A stretch of 63,840 bases of DNA from Octopus bimaculoides. Taxonomy: Eukaryota. Positions within the stretch are counted from its first letter, which is position 1; every line of letters begins with the position of its first letter. A program made the translations under genes and the position numbers. Shown here piece by piece: positions 12,601 to 24,804 of the stretch. Location: assembly GCF_001194135.2 (NCBI RefSeq), contig NC_068993.1, positions 19,383,926-19,447,765 on the forward strand. The letters are read 5' to 3'. A model generated the notes under the pieces. That model had not been told where the DNA came from. It searched no databases and worked only from the letters and a program-made list of their open reading frames with translations.

Positions 12601-14026
12601 AAAATGCTTTTTAGTAACAAAACATAAGGGGGAACACACAAGTGCTACACTACGTAACGCAATTTGAAATTCTAATATATTCAATATAATTCTGCTCGAT
12701 AAAAGCAGTGTTTAGCCATCTTGCATTCATGAATGCAAATGCATGTAAACATGTGACACTGATTGATACTTACATTTAAAAGAGGTTCATCAAGCAAGTT
12801 TGTTTTAAGTGTATTTTTCAAACAATTGTACCTGATATAGGATATAATCTTATACAGGTTAATGAAGTTCTGAACGCGTTTCATATAAACGGGCGACGAG
12901 AGAAAATATATCTGCGTTATCCAGCGAAACTATACTGAAAATAAATGAACCTGCATGGTCTGCGTTTTCTTTTAACTGAAATCTGAAATTTTATCGAAGG
13001 GCAGACACATTCCAGCGAGTTTCATGATACTGATATCATTTATATGACAACATAAATGTCATATAGATGTAAAATGTACGTTTGAAAATACAGAGCCCAA
13101 TAAATAAAGTCTTAGAAAGTAAAAGATAAATTATGCCGATATCGAACTGAGTTGAGACAGAGTTTGTTATATTACTATAGAATCCTTTATAAAGTGAGCT
13201 ACAAGTATGCCTTAAATATGAAAGATGCAATACTGTAGACAACTAAATGATCAAAGATCAAATACGGATTAAAAACCAACTCATGCACAATCGAACACTC
13301 ATAATATGCAACAATAAAAATATATAAACGTGATGATATATAAAAGAGAAGCGAACTGTACTAAACCAAATATTTCTAGAGAACACATATGATATATCGA
13401 TGAATTTATCTGAATTTTGACGGAAGCCGTCTAGCTTAGCCGTGTGGTATTTCATGGAGCTGCACCTAGTTTGATATCTTAGAATCATTGTGCATGATCG
13501 GTAATCATTCAAAATTCCTTCAATTTCATAAGTCAGAGTCTTTGACAAATATTGCCACACTTATGCCATCTATCGGTTGATTCATATACTAAATTTATCT
13601 TACAATTTATACTAACGAAGGTATCAGTTCATACATAAATGAACATCAATACGCGCGCACACACACCGATACATATATACTTATATAAGTATATGTATAT
13701 ATGTGTGTGTGTGTATATATGAGGACGTGTGTGTGTATCTGTAAAATTTTTGTTTTTTGATCGTTTCAAAATAGTGTGGTTTACCTGCAAAAGCAAACAT
13801 TACTATGAATATTTATCTAAATCCGTCTAATTGAGGCATTTATTTACCGAGACTAGTCTACCAATAATTATAAATTTCTTGGAACTATAAGTAGTGTATA
13901 TTTGAAACAAATAACGGAAATAATTATTCTCCAGTATACTCATAAAACTTCAGAATAATTAACTGCTTTACTCTAAAACAAAAACTGAAGAAATGTGGAA
14001 TTCGCTGTATCGATTAGTGTGTTCCA

Positions 14027-14057
<31 letters not shown>

Positions 14058-14842
14058 ACATATGTGCTTCTATATATACATGAATATTTACGTACACAAA
14101 CATATACTTGCATATGTATATATATATATATANNNNNNNNNNNNNNNNNNNNNNNNNNNNNNNNNNNNNNNNNNNNNNNNNNNNNNNNNNNNNNNNNNNN
14201 NNNNNNNNNNNNNNNNNNNATATATATTATTTAAAAGAGTTCCAACTCTCTCTGTTTTTTATGTTTTATATATATTCTTATAAAATTAATGTGGGATATA
14301 GAATATGGAATATATGATATAAGAGTAAAATGAAATGACGTATTGAATGTCTTATTGGATATATGAAATATTGAGTATTAAATATATATAGGGGCTAGTA
14401 TACTTTCCTGCTTTATAGCAGTCATCAAGGTCCCTGCGGTGTACTGCCATCGTATTGCCTTATGGTCGTTTTAGCTCAATGTGAACCCTATGCTATAGTA
14501 CCTAGCCAGTTCTGGCCTCCTACGTGTTTGAAGTGCCTAAATTTCAATAAATGTTGCAACGTTGATTTTTGCAGTCTAAATCTTAATTAATCTACTTACA
14601 AGATAAATCTCTTACAAGATAAATCCAACTAAAAGGCGTCACAAAAATTTAAAAACCATTATAAATAGTTCTAAACTAGATGAAAACTCTACTGTGAGCT
14701 AATCAGGCTAAAAGGCAAACAAAGATTCGACATTTAATATAAAATAGTGAAATGATGGTTTTTCGCTGTTTGCTCTGAGTTTCTCTTTCTCTGTCTACCG
14801 ATCCATTATATATATCTTGATATGTTAGTATTACTGTTTTTT

Positions 14843-14992
14843 AGGGGTTGAAATGGCAGAATCATTAGCATATCGGACAAAATGCTTAGCAACATTTAGT
14901 CCGTCTATACGTTTGAGGTCGGGTCAATGTAGTCGACTGCCTCCTCCCCCAAAATTTCAGGCACTGTGTCTATAGTAGAAAGGATTATTATT
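14843..14992 (+). mobile_element. SINE family B, internally deleted, tail type 2
   Basis: Head tggcagaatcattagca..aaatgcttagc; tail ccccaaaatttcaggcactgtgtctatagtagaaaggattattatt. Confidence 0.8.
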
Positions 14993-14994
14993 AC

Positions 14995-15378
14995 TATATT
15001 TCGGGATGGTCGTCTTTTTTTCTGTTTTTGCCATATACACACAAGCACTATATATTCATTCTTCAATTCAGATTTATTTTAATATTGTTTTTCTTTTATG
15101 TCCTATGACAGGAAACCTTTTGTCACACATCCTGTGTCTTCTTCAGCGACTCTTTATCCCACATTTCTCCTCTTGTCCTTTTTTAGTACATTTTGTCTTT
15201 CTATGGTATGCACACGTGAGATGGAGAGTCGCTGAAAAGGTCACAGGTTGTGCGGCGAAAAATTTCCAGACAGAGAACATAAAAGAACAATAATAAAATA
15301 AATCTAAAGCGAAGAAGGAATATATAGTGCGTGTGTTTATTTGGTGAAGAAGAAAAAAAATTACCATCCCCAAATATA
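14995..15378. mobile_element. Outward-facing inverted pair of about 170-bp pLTR-like arms, each with a hammerhead-like motif
   Basis: The reverse complement of 14995-15165 aligns with 15215-15378 (gagtcgctgaa..gaaa..ttc..acataaaagaa..aaaataaatct..aatatatagtgc..accatccc.aaatata). Confidence 0.75.
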
Positions 15379-15949
15379 ACAATATCTGGCAAAACAAACG
15401 CATAAACATAATTATTATTACTATTTTTTTGAACCGGGAATTATGAATTTGCTCTGTCAGTTTGTTGTATTTATTAATAACATTCTTTTTACCATCATTT
15501 TAATTTTCCGTGAGTTCCGACTGGTTTCGGGACTTAACGCCTGTGAAGTATGTTAGTTGTTTTCTTGTTTGGATTCCTGTAGTGTAACAAATTGACTGCT
15601 TTGATTCAGTGAAGTTTCTTTCTTGAAAATAAAATTAACATGGCATAACTTGTTAACATTGCTATTTAAATAATTTAATTGCTCCATTAGTGAACTCAGT
15701 TTTGTTGAAGAAAAATTCGGTGTCGATGAGTGCTAGTCGTTTAGTTATTTGAATCCCTGAAAGGAAACACTGTTTTTCATTCTTTGATGTTTTTCTTTTG
15801 AAAAAAATATTTAAATTAATATTACGTCGCTTAGGGTGAATGAACACAAAGAGAAAAAAAGAGAGAAATAATTGCAAAGAGAAGACAGGATGTCTTTTGT
15901 TTTCCTCAAATGATTTCTGAAATAAGATGTGATTTTTGCGTAATTGTAG

Positions 15950-16300
15950 GCGCGGCAGTTTAACGACTGTCACCATCGACAATGCAGCCAAAATCACGGC
16001 AATCAATAACAATGCTAGCGTTGTTGACGGTGCAAGGAGGAACAGTGACACAATGTTTTCTGTTACCAAAATCAGAAGCGCCTTCAAACAGGTGCGGCCG
16101 GCAAAAAAACACTACCACTGCCACAGCTATTATAGCCGTAGTTACCAGAAGTGGTGGGAGCAATACGCCAGTTACAGTAGCAGCAACAGTAACAGCAGTA
16201 GTAGCAGCAGCAGAAGTAGCACTACCAAAGCTAACAACAACCATCACCCCTCAACAACCATTCCAAACAATACCACCGCCAACCTCAGTTATCATAAACA
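15950..16300. repeat. Degenerate (CAA/CAG/TAG)n low-complexity tract
   Basis: Produces S/N/T/A-rich ORFs in several frames with no domain. Confidence 0.7.
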
Positions 16301-16412
16301 TAACCGAATTCCTCCCTCTGAAAGAATCATTTCTGTAAATAACCAAGAGATGAAAGGGACAGCCCAGTAATCGACCGTGTTGGTGGCCAGTGTCTGCTTT
16401 GGCATAAGTTTC

Positions 16413-16647
16413 CTATTTCTTTATTGCCCACATGAGTCTAAACATAGAAGGGACAAACAAGGACAGACAAAGGGATTAAGTCGTTTATATCGACCCCAGT
16501 GCGTAACTGGTACTTAATTTATCGACCCCGAAAGGATGAAAGGCAAAGTCGACCCCGGCGGAATTTGAACTCAGAACGTAACGGCAGGCGAAATACCGCT
16601 AAGTATTTCACCCGGCGTGCTAACGTTTCTGCCAGCTCGCCGTCTTT
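16413..16647 (-). mobile_element. SINE family B, full length, tail type 1, 18-bp TSD
   Basis: A/B boxes and core gcctttcatcctttcggggtcgataaattaagtaccag; perfect TSD TGCTTTGGCATAAGTTTC at 16395-16412 and 16648-16665. Confidence 0.95.
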
Positions 16648-16794
16648 TGCTTTGGCATAAGTTTCTACGGCCTCCAACTTAGTTACTGAGGAAATCAGAA
16701 AGTGAAATGATCAATTTCCTGATACTTCAAGGTGTTTTAACTTATGGTATAAGACCCTAAGACTTATTTGAATAAATATGTACACATTATACAT

Positions 16795-16985
16795 GCAGGC
16801 GTGGGTGAGTGCAAAGAAGATTGCTTCCCAACCACATGGTTCTAGGTTCAGTCCTACTACCTGGCACTTTGGGCAAGTGCCTTCTATTATAGTCTTGGGC
16901 CAACGAAAGCCTTGTAAGCGGATTTGGTCGATTGAAACTTAATGAAGCCCATCGTATATATGTGTGTGTGTGCGTGTATGTGTTT
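16795..16985 (+). mobile_element. SINE family A, 5' half
   Basis: ttgcttcccaaccacatggttctaggttcagtcc..gaagcccatcgtatatatg. Confidence 0.85.
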
Positions 16986-17024
16986 GAGGTTATGTGTTAT
17001 ATTTGATACTTCTCTAGTAGTAGT

Positions 17025-17330
17025 GTGAAGGCGCGTGGTAGTTAGTGTATTCGGCTTACAATCGCGAGTTCGAAAGCCGGTGTCGCGTTGTGTCCTTGAG
17101 AAGATGGTTTATTTTACATTGTTCCAGCCGACTCAGGTAGTAAAAACGAGTACTACCTGTAATTCAACGAGCCAACCTTGTCACATTCTGTGTCACACCT
17201 ATTCTTCCCGGAACTACGTTAAGGGTACGCGTGTATACGTGTCTGTGGAGCACTCAGCCACTTGCACGTTAATTTCACGAGCAGGCTGTTCCGTTGATCG
17301 GCTCAACTGGAACGCACCTCGTCGTAACAA
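17025..17330 (+). mobile_element. SINE family C (tRNA head, gttgtgtccttgag middle, gagcaggctgttccgttgatcgg tail)
   Basis: tRNA-like head with gagttcgaa B-box; the 3' half matches 60912-61085(-). Confidence 0.85.
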
Positions 17331-17349
17331 ATTATAGGCTTCGGTTATG

Positions 17350-17505
17350 GTGTAGTTTGGGCTCGTGTCAATCCTTATTAATCAATTCGCTAAGATCAGC
17401 TTCAGCTTTTATTGAAGCATTGAGTACCTAGAATTGCCTGATGTAACCCCTGCATGCCCTTTAAATGGATTTGCTGCTATTTCTAGTTGATCGAACGACT
17501 ACGTA
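17350..17505 (-). mobile_element. Repeat family D fragment (probable SINE 3' half)
   Basis: Reverse complement reads gtagtcgttcgatcaactagaaatagcagcaaatcc, shared with 21085, 46880 and 47833. Confidence 0.55.
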
Positions 17506-17793
17506 GAGGTTCCATCATTGGCTTTGCTATACTTTAAACATATATATAACTGTAAGAATTTAAATTTGTCAATAACCTATAGTTATATGTATTTGCGATA
17601 ATTCACGTCAGCTCACATACACTTATATCAACAAGAATAGTAGCAAATCCCATTGAAAGCGCACACAGTTTGCATCACGTGTGTAAAGTATTTTGAATAT
17701 GAGCAGTTATTATTTACAAAGCTAAGTTCTCCACCTCTCTCTCACCCTCTCCCATATACACACACACATACATACATGCATACACACACACAT

Positions 17794-17849
<56 letters not shown>

Positions 17850-18454
17850 GTATATCATTCTATTAATTAGCTAAATACGTAGTATTTCCTTTAAGTGTGC
17901 GTATGTAAATAAACTTTGGTTCAGATATGCATGCGTGTATATATCTATCTATATATATATATATATGTGCATGCACATGTTTAAGCACGTATAACAGTTA
18001 GCCGACATAGATGCATGCATTCATTGGTGAGGATTCCGCTTCAGTGTACATGATTCGCAGTATGAAAACCTGAAAGTGAAAAATATACAGGAAATTAATC
18101 ATTAAAAGTATATGTAATTGAAATTAAAAAAAGTACTGGTCGTCCTTTATCTTCCTGTATTTAATAAAATGCAAATATGAGATAGAAAATAACGTTATAG
18201 CAAAGAGAAACTAGAAACTATATGATAACACCGAAAATATATATGGTAGATGAATGTATCCAAATTACATATCAAAACACAGATGTAAGAAGGAAAGAGA
18301 GAAAAGAATGCAAAGAAGCTTACGAATTTGGCCTTGAGAATATCTTACTGAATCCGGATGAAAATTCTGTGGTCCTGGACGTGAATATAAGAGCAAATAA
18401 GAAGTTTTATATAAACATGCGCATAAACACTGTAGTGAAACATTTATGCATATA

Positions 18455-18935
18455 GCGCTGGCGTGGTTGTGTAGTAAGAAGTTTGCTTCCCAACCGTATG
18501 GTTCCTGGTTCACTTCCACTGCGTAATACCTTAGGCAAGTGTCTTCTACTATAGCTACGCGCCAATCAAGGCCTTGTGAGGGGATTTGGTAGACGGAAAC
18601 TGAAAGAAGCCCGTCCTGTATACATATATATATATGTGTGTATGTATGTGTGTGTGTGTTTGAGAGAGAGATAGAGAGAGAGAGAATATGCGTGTGCGTG
18701 CGTGTATGTGTGTGTGTGTCTATATATGTCTGTGTTTGACCCCCACCACCGCTTGATAATCATTGATGGTATGTTTACTTCCATGTAATTTGTGATTCGG
18801 CAAACGAATAAGTACCTGGTTTTAAAAAAAACGAAAATTAGTATTGGGTTCGATTAGTTCGACTATGATTCCCCAGGACGGTGTTCCAGCATGGCCGCAG
18901 TCGAATGACACAAGCAAATGAAAGAATGCAAAAAA
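18455..18935 (+). mobile_element. SINE family A, near full length
   Basis: Head, internal TA/TG/GA microsatellite, tail ggtgttccagcatggccgcagtcgaatgacacaagcaaatgaaaga. Confidence 0.9.
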
Positions 18936-20269
18936 TATTTTTCCAGCCATATTTCTTAGCATTTATTCATAAATCTATGGTATTTATTGTTAGACATGGT
19001 ATTTACTGTTTTATTGGGTTTATTCATTTGTTATATGTATATTCATTAGGAAATAACTCTGGAAAAGAAACACAAACGTTGATACAGAAGCCTCCACTTA
19101 CGACTTATGAATGGCAAATATTAAAGCAATAATCAAAAAGGGTGGGGCAAGCAACGGGTGTTGGCTTCAAAGTTTGCAGCCTCAAATTTGACTGCACCAA
19201 GCAAAACAACACTAGTAAAGTTGCAGCTGAACACTTAAACAAGTCGAGAGGTCAGTTATCACAAGAAAGGTGACGGCCACAATAGCAGCAATAATATCAA
19301 ATACTAAAATGATATTCACGACAATATCAAGAGATAAATCAATGAAAGCAACATCCAGAACATGAACACCAACCATTATAATAGCAAGTGACACATCAAG
19401 AGGAGCAAAAGCATGAGCAGGAAAAAAATGAGCAACCGCGTGAAGTACAACAAAAACAACAACAGTAATGATCGATGGAGAAAATGCGACTACAACAACT
19501 ACTAAAAGATGACTTCTTCATCTACGCATTTCTGCAAAAATGGCGTGGAGAAGTTTTGAAGGAATTCTATCCTGAAAGGATTTTGAAGGAAACTTAGAAG
19601 GGCCGCGAAAACGATTAACTCAGACTAAAATAGTTATGCGATAAGCTCGCCTTCTTTTGTGGTTCTACCTCCCTTCTAATAACATTGTATTATTAGTGGA
19701 TGGTTGGAATAGAATCTGGACAGATGCATGATAGATATAACAACAACACTTCTTAACGTCATAAAAACGAGTGACTCATTGATCACTACACGTCTAAATA
19801 TGTAAAAATGATGGGATAGGTAAACAGGTCCTATGGAACAGCAACCAGCTTGCTGATTCAGAATTTTTAAGGAATGTCGTAGTGCGTTTAATGCGAACAC
19901 ACCATAATTCACATCTAGCATAAATGTTGGAAAAGGTGTCTTTTCAAAAGCTAAAATCCAAAGAAAATGTACTGCTTTTAACAGCTAAGTAATTATAAAA
20001 TATATCGAAAGAAGTATAAGAAAAATGAACAAGATAACCATAGCTAGAAGTGATAGTTTTTCTATTTTTATGTCTTGACAGACGAGTAATAAAAACACCG
20101 TTAAATTTTTCTAGGTTACCAAATCTAATGCTGTGAGTAAGAAGTTGTATTACACGCATCATCTGTCGTCACACTCAATGAAAGCCGCCCTACAAATATA
20201 AACGTAATATAATATCCAAACAAGAATGTAAGACAAAACTTAAACCCTGACAAAGTTTCATGATTTCAG

Positions 20270-20430
20270 GAAAAGGCAAGTTTTTAAGTAGTTTGCTTCG
20301 CAATCACGTGTCTTTAGGGTCTATCACACTGTGAGGTACCTTAAGCATGCGTCTTCTGTTGTAACACCGGACCCACCAGTGTCTTGTGAGTGAATTTGAT
20401 TAACAGAGACTGTATCCGTCGTATATATGT
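20270..20430 (+). mobile_element. Old SINE family A 5' fragment
   Basis: gtagtttgcttcgcaatcacgtg..gtcttgtgagtgaatttg..tccgtcgtatatatg. Confidence 0.6.
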
Positions 20431-21084
20431 ATGTTACTACCATGTGTGCATGTGCGTGTGTGTGTGTGTGTGTGAGTGTGTGTGTGTAAATGACCCGTCC
20501 ACGCTAAAGAGCTACAAACATGTATGTGTATGTGTATGTATGTGTGTGTATGTATGCGTATGCATGTGTATAGATGCGTGCGCGCAAGCAGGTGTCGTAT
20601 GTCTGTTTATTCTCATCACAATCGAATGACAGCAGCGCAGCAGAAAATACTCCTTCTAGCGCTCCTAAATTCTTGCAACGGAAAGAAAATAATGAAACGG
20701 AAACCATCTTAAATATAACTGACCAGCATACTAGAGAATAAAACAGTGAAAGACAAACGTTGCACACAAAGGAAACAATACCTATCATCTGAGAGAAAAA
20801 AAAAAAAAAAAGATAAGAAACAGAAAAAGAGTAAGCAAGATTTCTAAACAAGCATTTATTGTCTTACAATATTCAACAGAAACAACCATACGAACACCTA
20901 GTCACAAGAACAATTTATTCCCTACCCAAAACATAATATTACTGAATAAACATTTATCACAAAATCAAAGGAGAGACAATTGTGACGGAAAAAATTAATG
21001 GAAATAGTTATAATACAGAGCTGATATAAAAATCATGAAACATGATCAATGATATACTACAACAGAAGAATCTGTGGAAGTCTA

Positions 21085-21265
21085 TAAGTGGTGGCTTGTC
21101 CTGTTAGAAATACTAGCCGAGATCCTTCAAATTAAACTCAGCTACCTTAAGAAAATGAAACATTGAAAGATATAGTTTTGGATTTGCTAAATTCGGAGTC
21201 ACCAGGGCTGAATGGAATTGTTCAACATAAATCCTGAAAACCTTGATCTTGGACTAAACAACACT
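21085..21265 (+). mobile_element. Repeat family D fragment
   Basis: gtggtggcttgtcctgttagaaatactagccgagatccttcaaattaaac..gatcttggactaaacaac. Confidence 0.55.
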
Positions 21266-22049
21266 TTTAAAGTACAAAGAAACTTATCCAAGAAATGATG
21301 ACAGTTTTTTGTGTCTCGAGTTCATGAGGAAGGGTGGCTCGCTCTCTAGTTTCAATGGAAAGCGATCATTAACGCTGCAACCCTTCTCTTCCCGACAGTA
21401 AGTAGCGGTTTTAAAGTGAGAATTAGTCAGTGCAGTCCCACCCTACGCTTTAGAAATAGAGATCTGATCGCAGCAGTTTAGCCGGTTAATACGGCTACTG
21501 TGGTCAACAAGCTGTAGGTTTTACATTCGGGTGAAATGTCTTACAGGGCTGATAAGCAGCGCTTACTTCCCCAGAAAATATAAGAGTTAATTAAGTACAA
21601 TCCCTTTTTAATAAATTCATTCTGCAAAATTTAACCCAAGGATAAACAACGAATAAAGCCATCAATATTCTCAAAAGAGTTGGTGTTGAGTTCTAATAGA
21701 GTAAACCTCTCCTCTTTCAATCTTGCCATTATACATTACATCGCTAAGAGAGAAAACGCAGATGTTTACTCAACAATATAGAAGAAATGTAACATACAAA
21801 AGTATAAGATAATAAATCAAATAATAAAAAAGAAATAAAGAAAAACAAGAGATCCTTGAAGTAAAGAAAAGATTGGAACAATAAAAGAATGCTAGACAAA
21901 ATCGTTTGCAAACGTGAATACTTTCAATCCAAATAATGAGTTTGATATACATCTCTCTCTCTCTCTCTCTCTCTCTNNNNNNNNNNNNNNNNNNNNNNNN
22001 NNNNNNNNNNNNNNNNNNNNNNNNNNNNNNNNNNNNNNNNNNNNNNNNN

Positions 22050-22084
<35 letters not shown>

Positions 22085-23599
22085 TCTGTACGACTTTTTT
22101 ACTCCTTGTTTTAGTCCGCCTCATATTTTCTTCCTTTTTCCTACTTTCTTTTTTCTCTCCTTTCTTTTCTCGCTCCCCCTCTTTCACATTTCTTAGCCTT
22201 CTTTCTTTTTAATCTACTTATTTTTCATCGTTTATCATCCTTGTACCTTCTCTACGTCCCCTTGATTTTTCTCTTTCTTCTCCCACTAATTCTTCAATCC
22301 CTCTGCCTCTACTTCTTTCCTTTCCCCCTACGTGACCGGTGTTCGGCCAGGCATGATCTTTCTTTCTTGGCTCGACTGCCAGACACGAAGCACCTCTTAT
22401 TCCTGTCTCCTGACTTTCATCTCTGATGTTCATCTATGTTCCTGCCTCAAGGCTTTCACTCCACACACACACCAGATTGACTTGATTCGTTTGTATTAAT
22501 CGAAAGGCTCCTGTTGTTTTTTTTTTGTTGTTGCTTGTATTTGTAATTGAGTAAAATTTTCTCCGCTTCTTTGACTTTTTGTCTTTGTTGTCGTATACAT
22601 TTGCTTGCTTTCTCCCCAAATATTTAATGCTCTTAGCTTAGATTTCTGGGGCCAGTCTGATTTGAACAATCTCAAGTGTAACCCGCCGAAACTGTAAGAA
22701 TAACCTGGAAACTTGACTGATGAAAGAAGGCCACGAATAGCCTTACCTTGATTGTCCTATCCATCTTTTTTTTTTGTTTTTGTTTTTCCTGTCCGTCTTC
22801 ATATCGTCTACCTGTCCGAATGTTTTATTGTTTATTGCGTTNNNNNNNNNNNNNNNNNNNNNNNNNNNNNNNNNNNNNNNNNNNNNNNNNNNNNNNNNNN
22901 NNNNNNNNNNNNNNNNNNNNNNNNNNNNNNNNNNNNNNNNNNNNNNNNNNNNNNNNNNNNNNNNNNNNNNNNNNNNNNNNNNNNNNNNNNNNNNNNNNNN
23001 NNNNNNNNNNNNNNNNNNNNNNNNNNNNNNNNNNNNNNNNNNNNNNNNNNNNNNNNNNNNNNNNNNNNNNNNNNNNNNNNNNNNNNNNNNNNNNNNNNNN
23101 NNNNNNNNNNNNNNNNNNNNNNNNNNNNNNNNNNNNNNNNNNNNNNNNNNNNNNNNNNNNNNNNNNNNNNNNNNNNNNNNNNNNNNNNNNNNNNNNNNNN
23201 NNNNNNNNNNNNNNNNNNNNNNNNNNNNNNNNNNNNNNNNNNNNNNNNNNNNNNNNNNNNNNNNNNNNNNNNNNNNNNNNNNNNNNNNNNNNNNNNNNNN
23301 NNNNNNNNNNNNNNNNNNNNNNNNNNNNNNNNNNNNNNNNNNNNNNNNNNNNNNNNNNNNNNNNNNNNNNNNNNNNNNNNNNNNNNNNNNNNNNNNNNNN
23401 NNNNNNNNNNNNNNNNNNNAGGTATTTTTATGGAATTTAGTGTACTTACAGACACAGAAATAAATTCTATTGGACGGTATTGAGATATACATAACATTGC
23501 TCTAACAAACAACAACTGAAATTCAATCTCATTGAGAAACTTACAGGTCAGAAATGCACAGTGCAATGGATATTCACAATGATTCAGGTATCAGGGAGG

Positions 23600-24720
23600 G
23601 GGGGGGAAAGCAAAACAGAATAGTCTCATAAGCATGGACCAGCATAAACAGTTTCGGCAAACAATGATATTCAACAGCATGATCAAGACAGCTGGATTCG
23701 AAATTGATAGATTTCCCAATTTCTGCCTAAAGACTTCACCAGTGGACACAAAGCTGTAGCAACAACGTCCAATTAATTACTAAATATACCAGATTCGGCA
23801 CACGACTTGTTACTGGAGAGAAAATCAATATTAAATGCCAGCAACCAAAACACCAGTACCCTGAAATTTCCTTAACAATAGTATGTTTGCCGTGAATTTT
23901 TAATGCTGTGTGACTTCTATGCTTTTTAACTAGGAGACAGTACATTACTGGAGGAGCAGAAGGATCATCAAATGGGTATAAATGGATATAAAGAACAGCT
24001 GTTGATAAATTAAATGCAAACATTTAAGTATGGCATAGATTAATTAATAATGTAATTTCTATATACTTTTGACTTAATTAAAACAATTATCTAATCAAAT
24101 CAAGAATGACTAACAATGATGCAGTGAAGTTATAAACCAACTTTTTGTTTTATATTAATCTCGCATTAAACTAGAGACATCATCCAGCACAGTAAGTAAA
24201 TGAAAGAAACTTTAATTCGACAAAGATATTAAAATGGTGGTGGAATAACGCAAATGTACGAACAGGATTAAAATTATCATAGTTCATTATTATAAAGTTG
24301 AATTTCAACAGCGGTATTAATGAATTAAAATCAACTCACGTGTTCAAGGATTTATTAAATTAAAAATAATGAAAGTTAAAATCAAAATAGATTACTACAA
24401 AAAGAAAAAAACAAGTATGAAATTAATGCTAGATATAAGGTAATACGTATAAGTAGCCTTGGTATGTTGTTCTGAACAGTAGTTTCAATGTAATATATTG
24501 GCATTCGAATAAACTAAATTGAAGATATAGGATAATCACATAAAAACTATTCACTGCATTCTACACTCATCATACTAATACTGATATAGATTGACTTTAT
24601 TCAGGACGAACGAACTTTCGTACAAATTAGAAAATAATCCCACTTAGCAAGACAAATGAAGATGTATGTATGTATGCATGTATGTATATTTATATGTATA
24701 TATGTATACATATATATATA

Positions 24721-24804
<84 letters not shown>

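Noticed and set aside
15662-16370. Overlapping 141-144-aa ORFs, one resembling a signal peptide
   Set aside because: Derived from a degenerate trinucleotide tract read on both strands.
20870-21070. Possible additional very old R4/Dong RT fragment
   Set aside because: Only vague similarity (IPYPKHNITE, DILQQK); not supportable by eye.
22717-22750. CTGATGA followed by an AAGGC/GCCTT stem
   Set aside because: No GAAA box after the stem; not a hammerhead.
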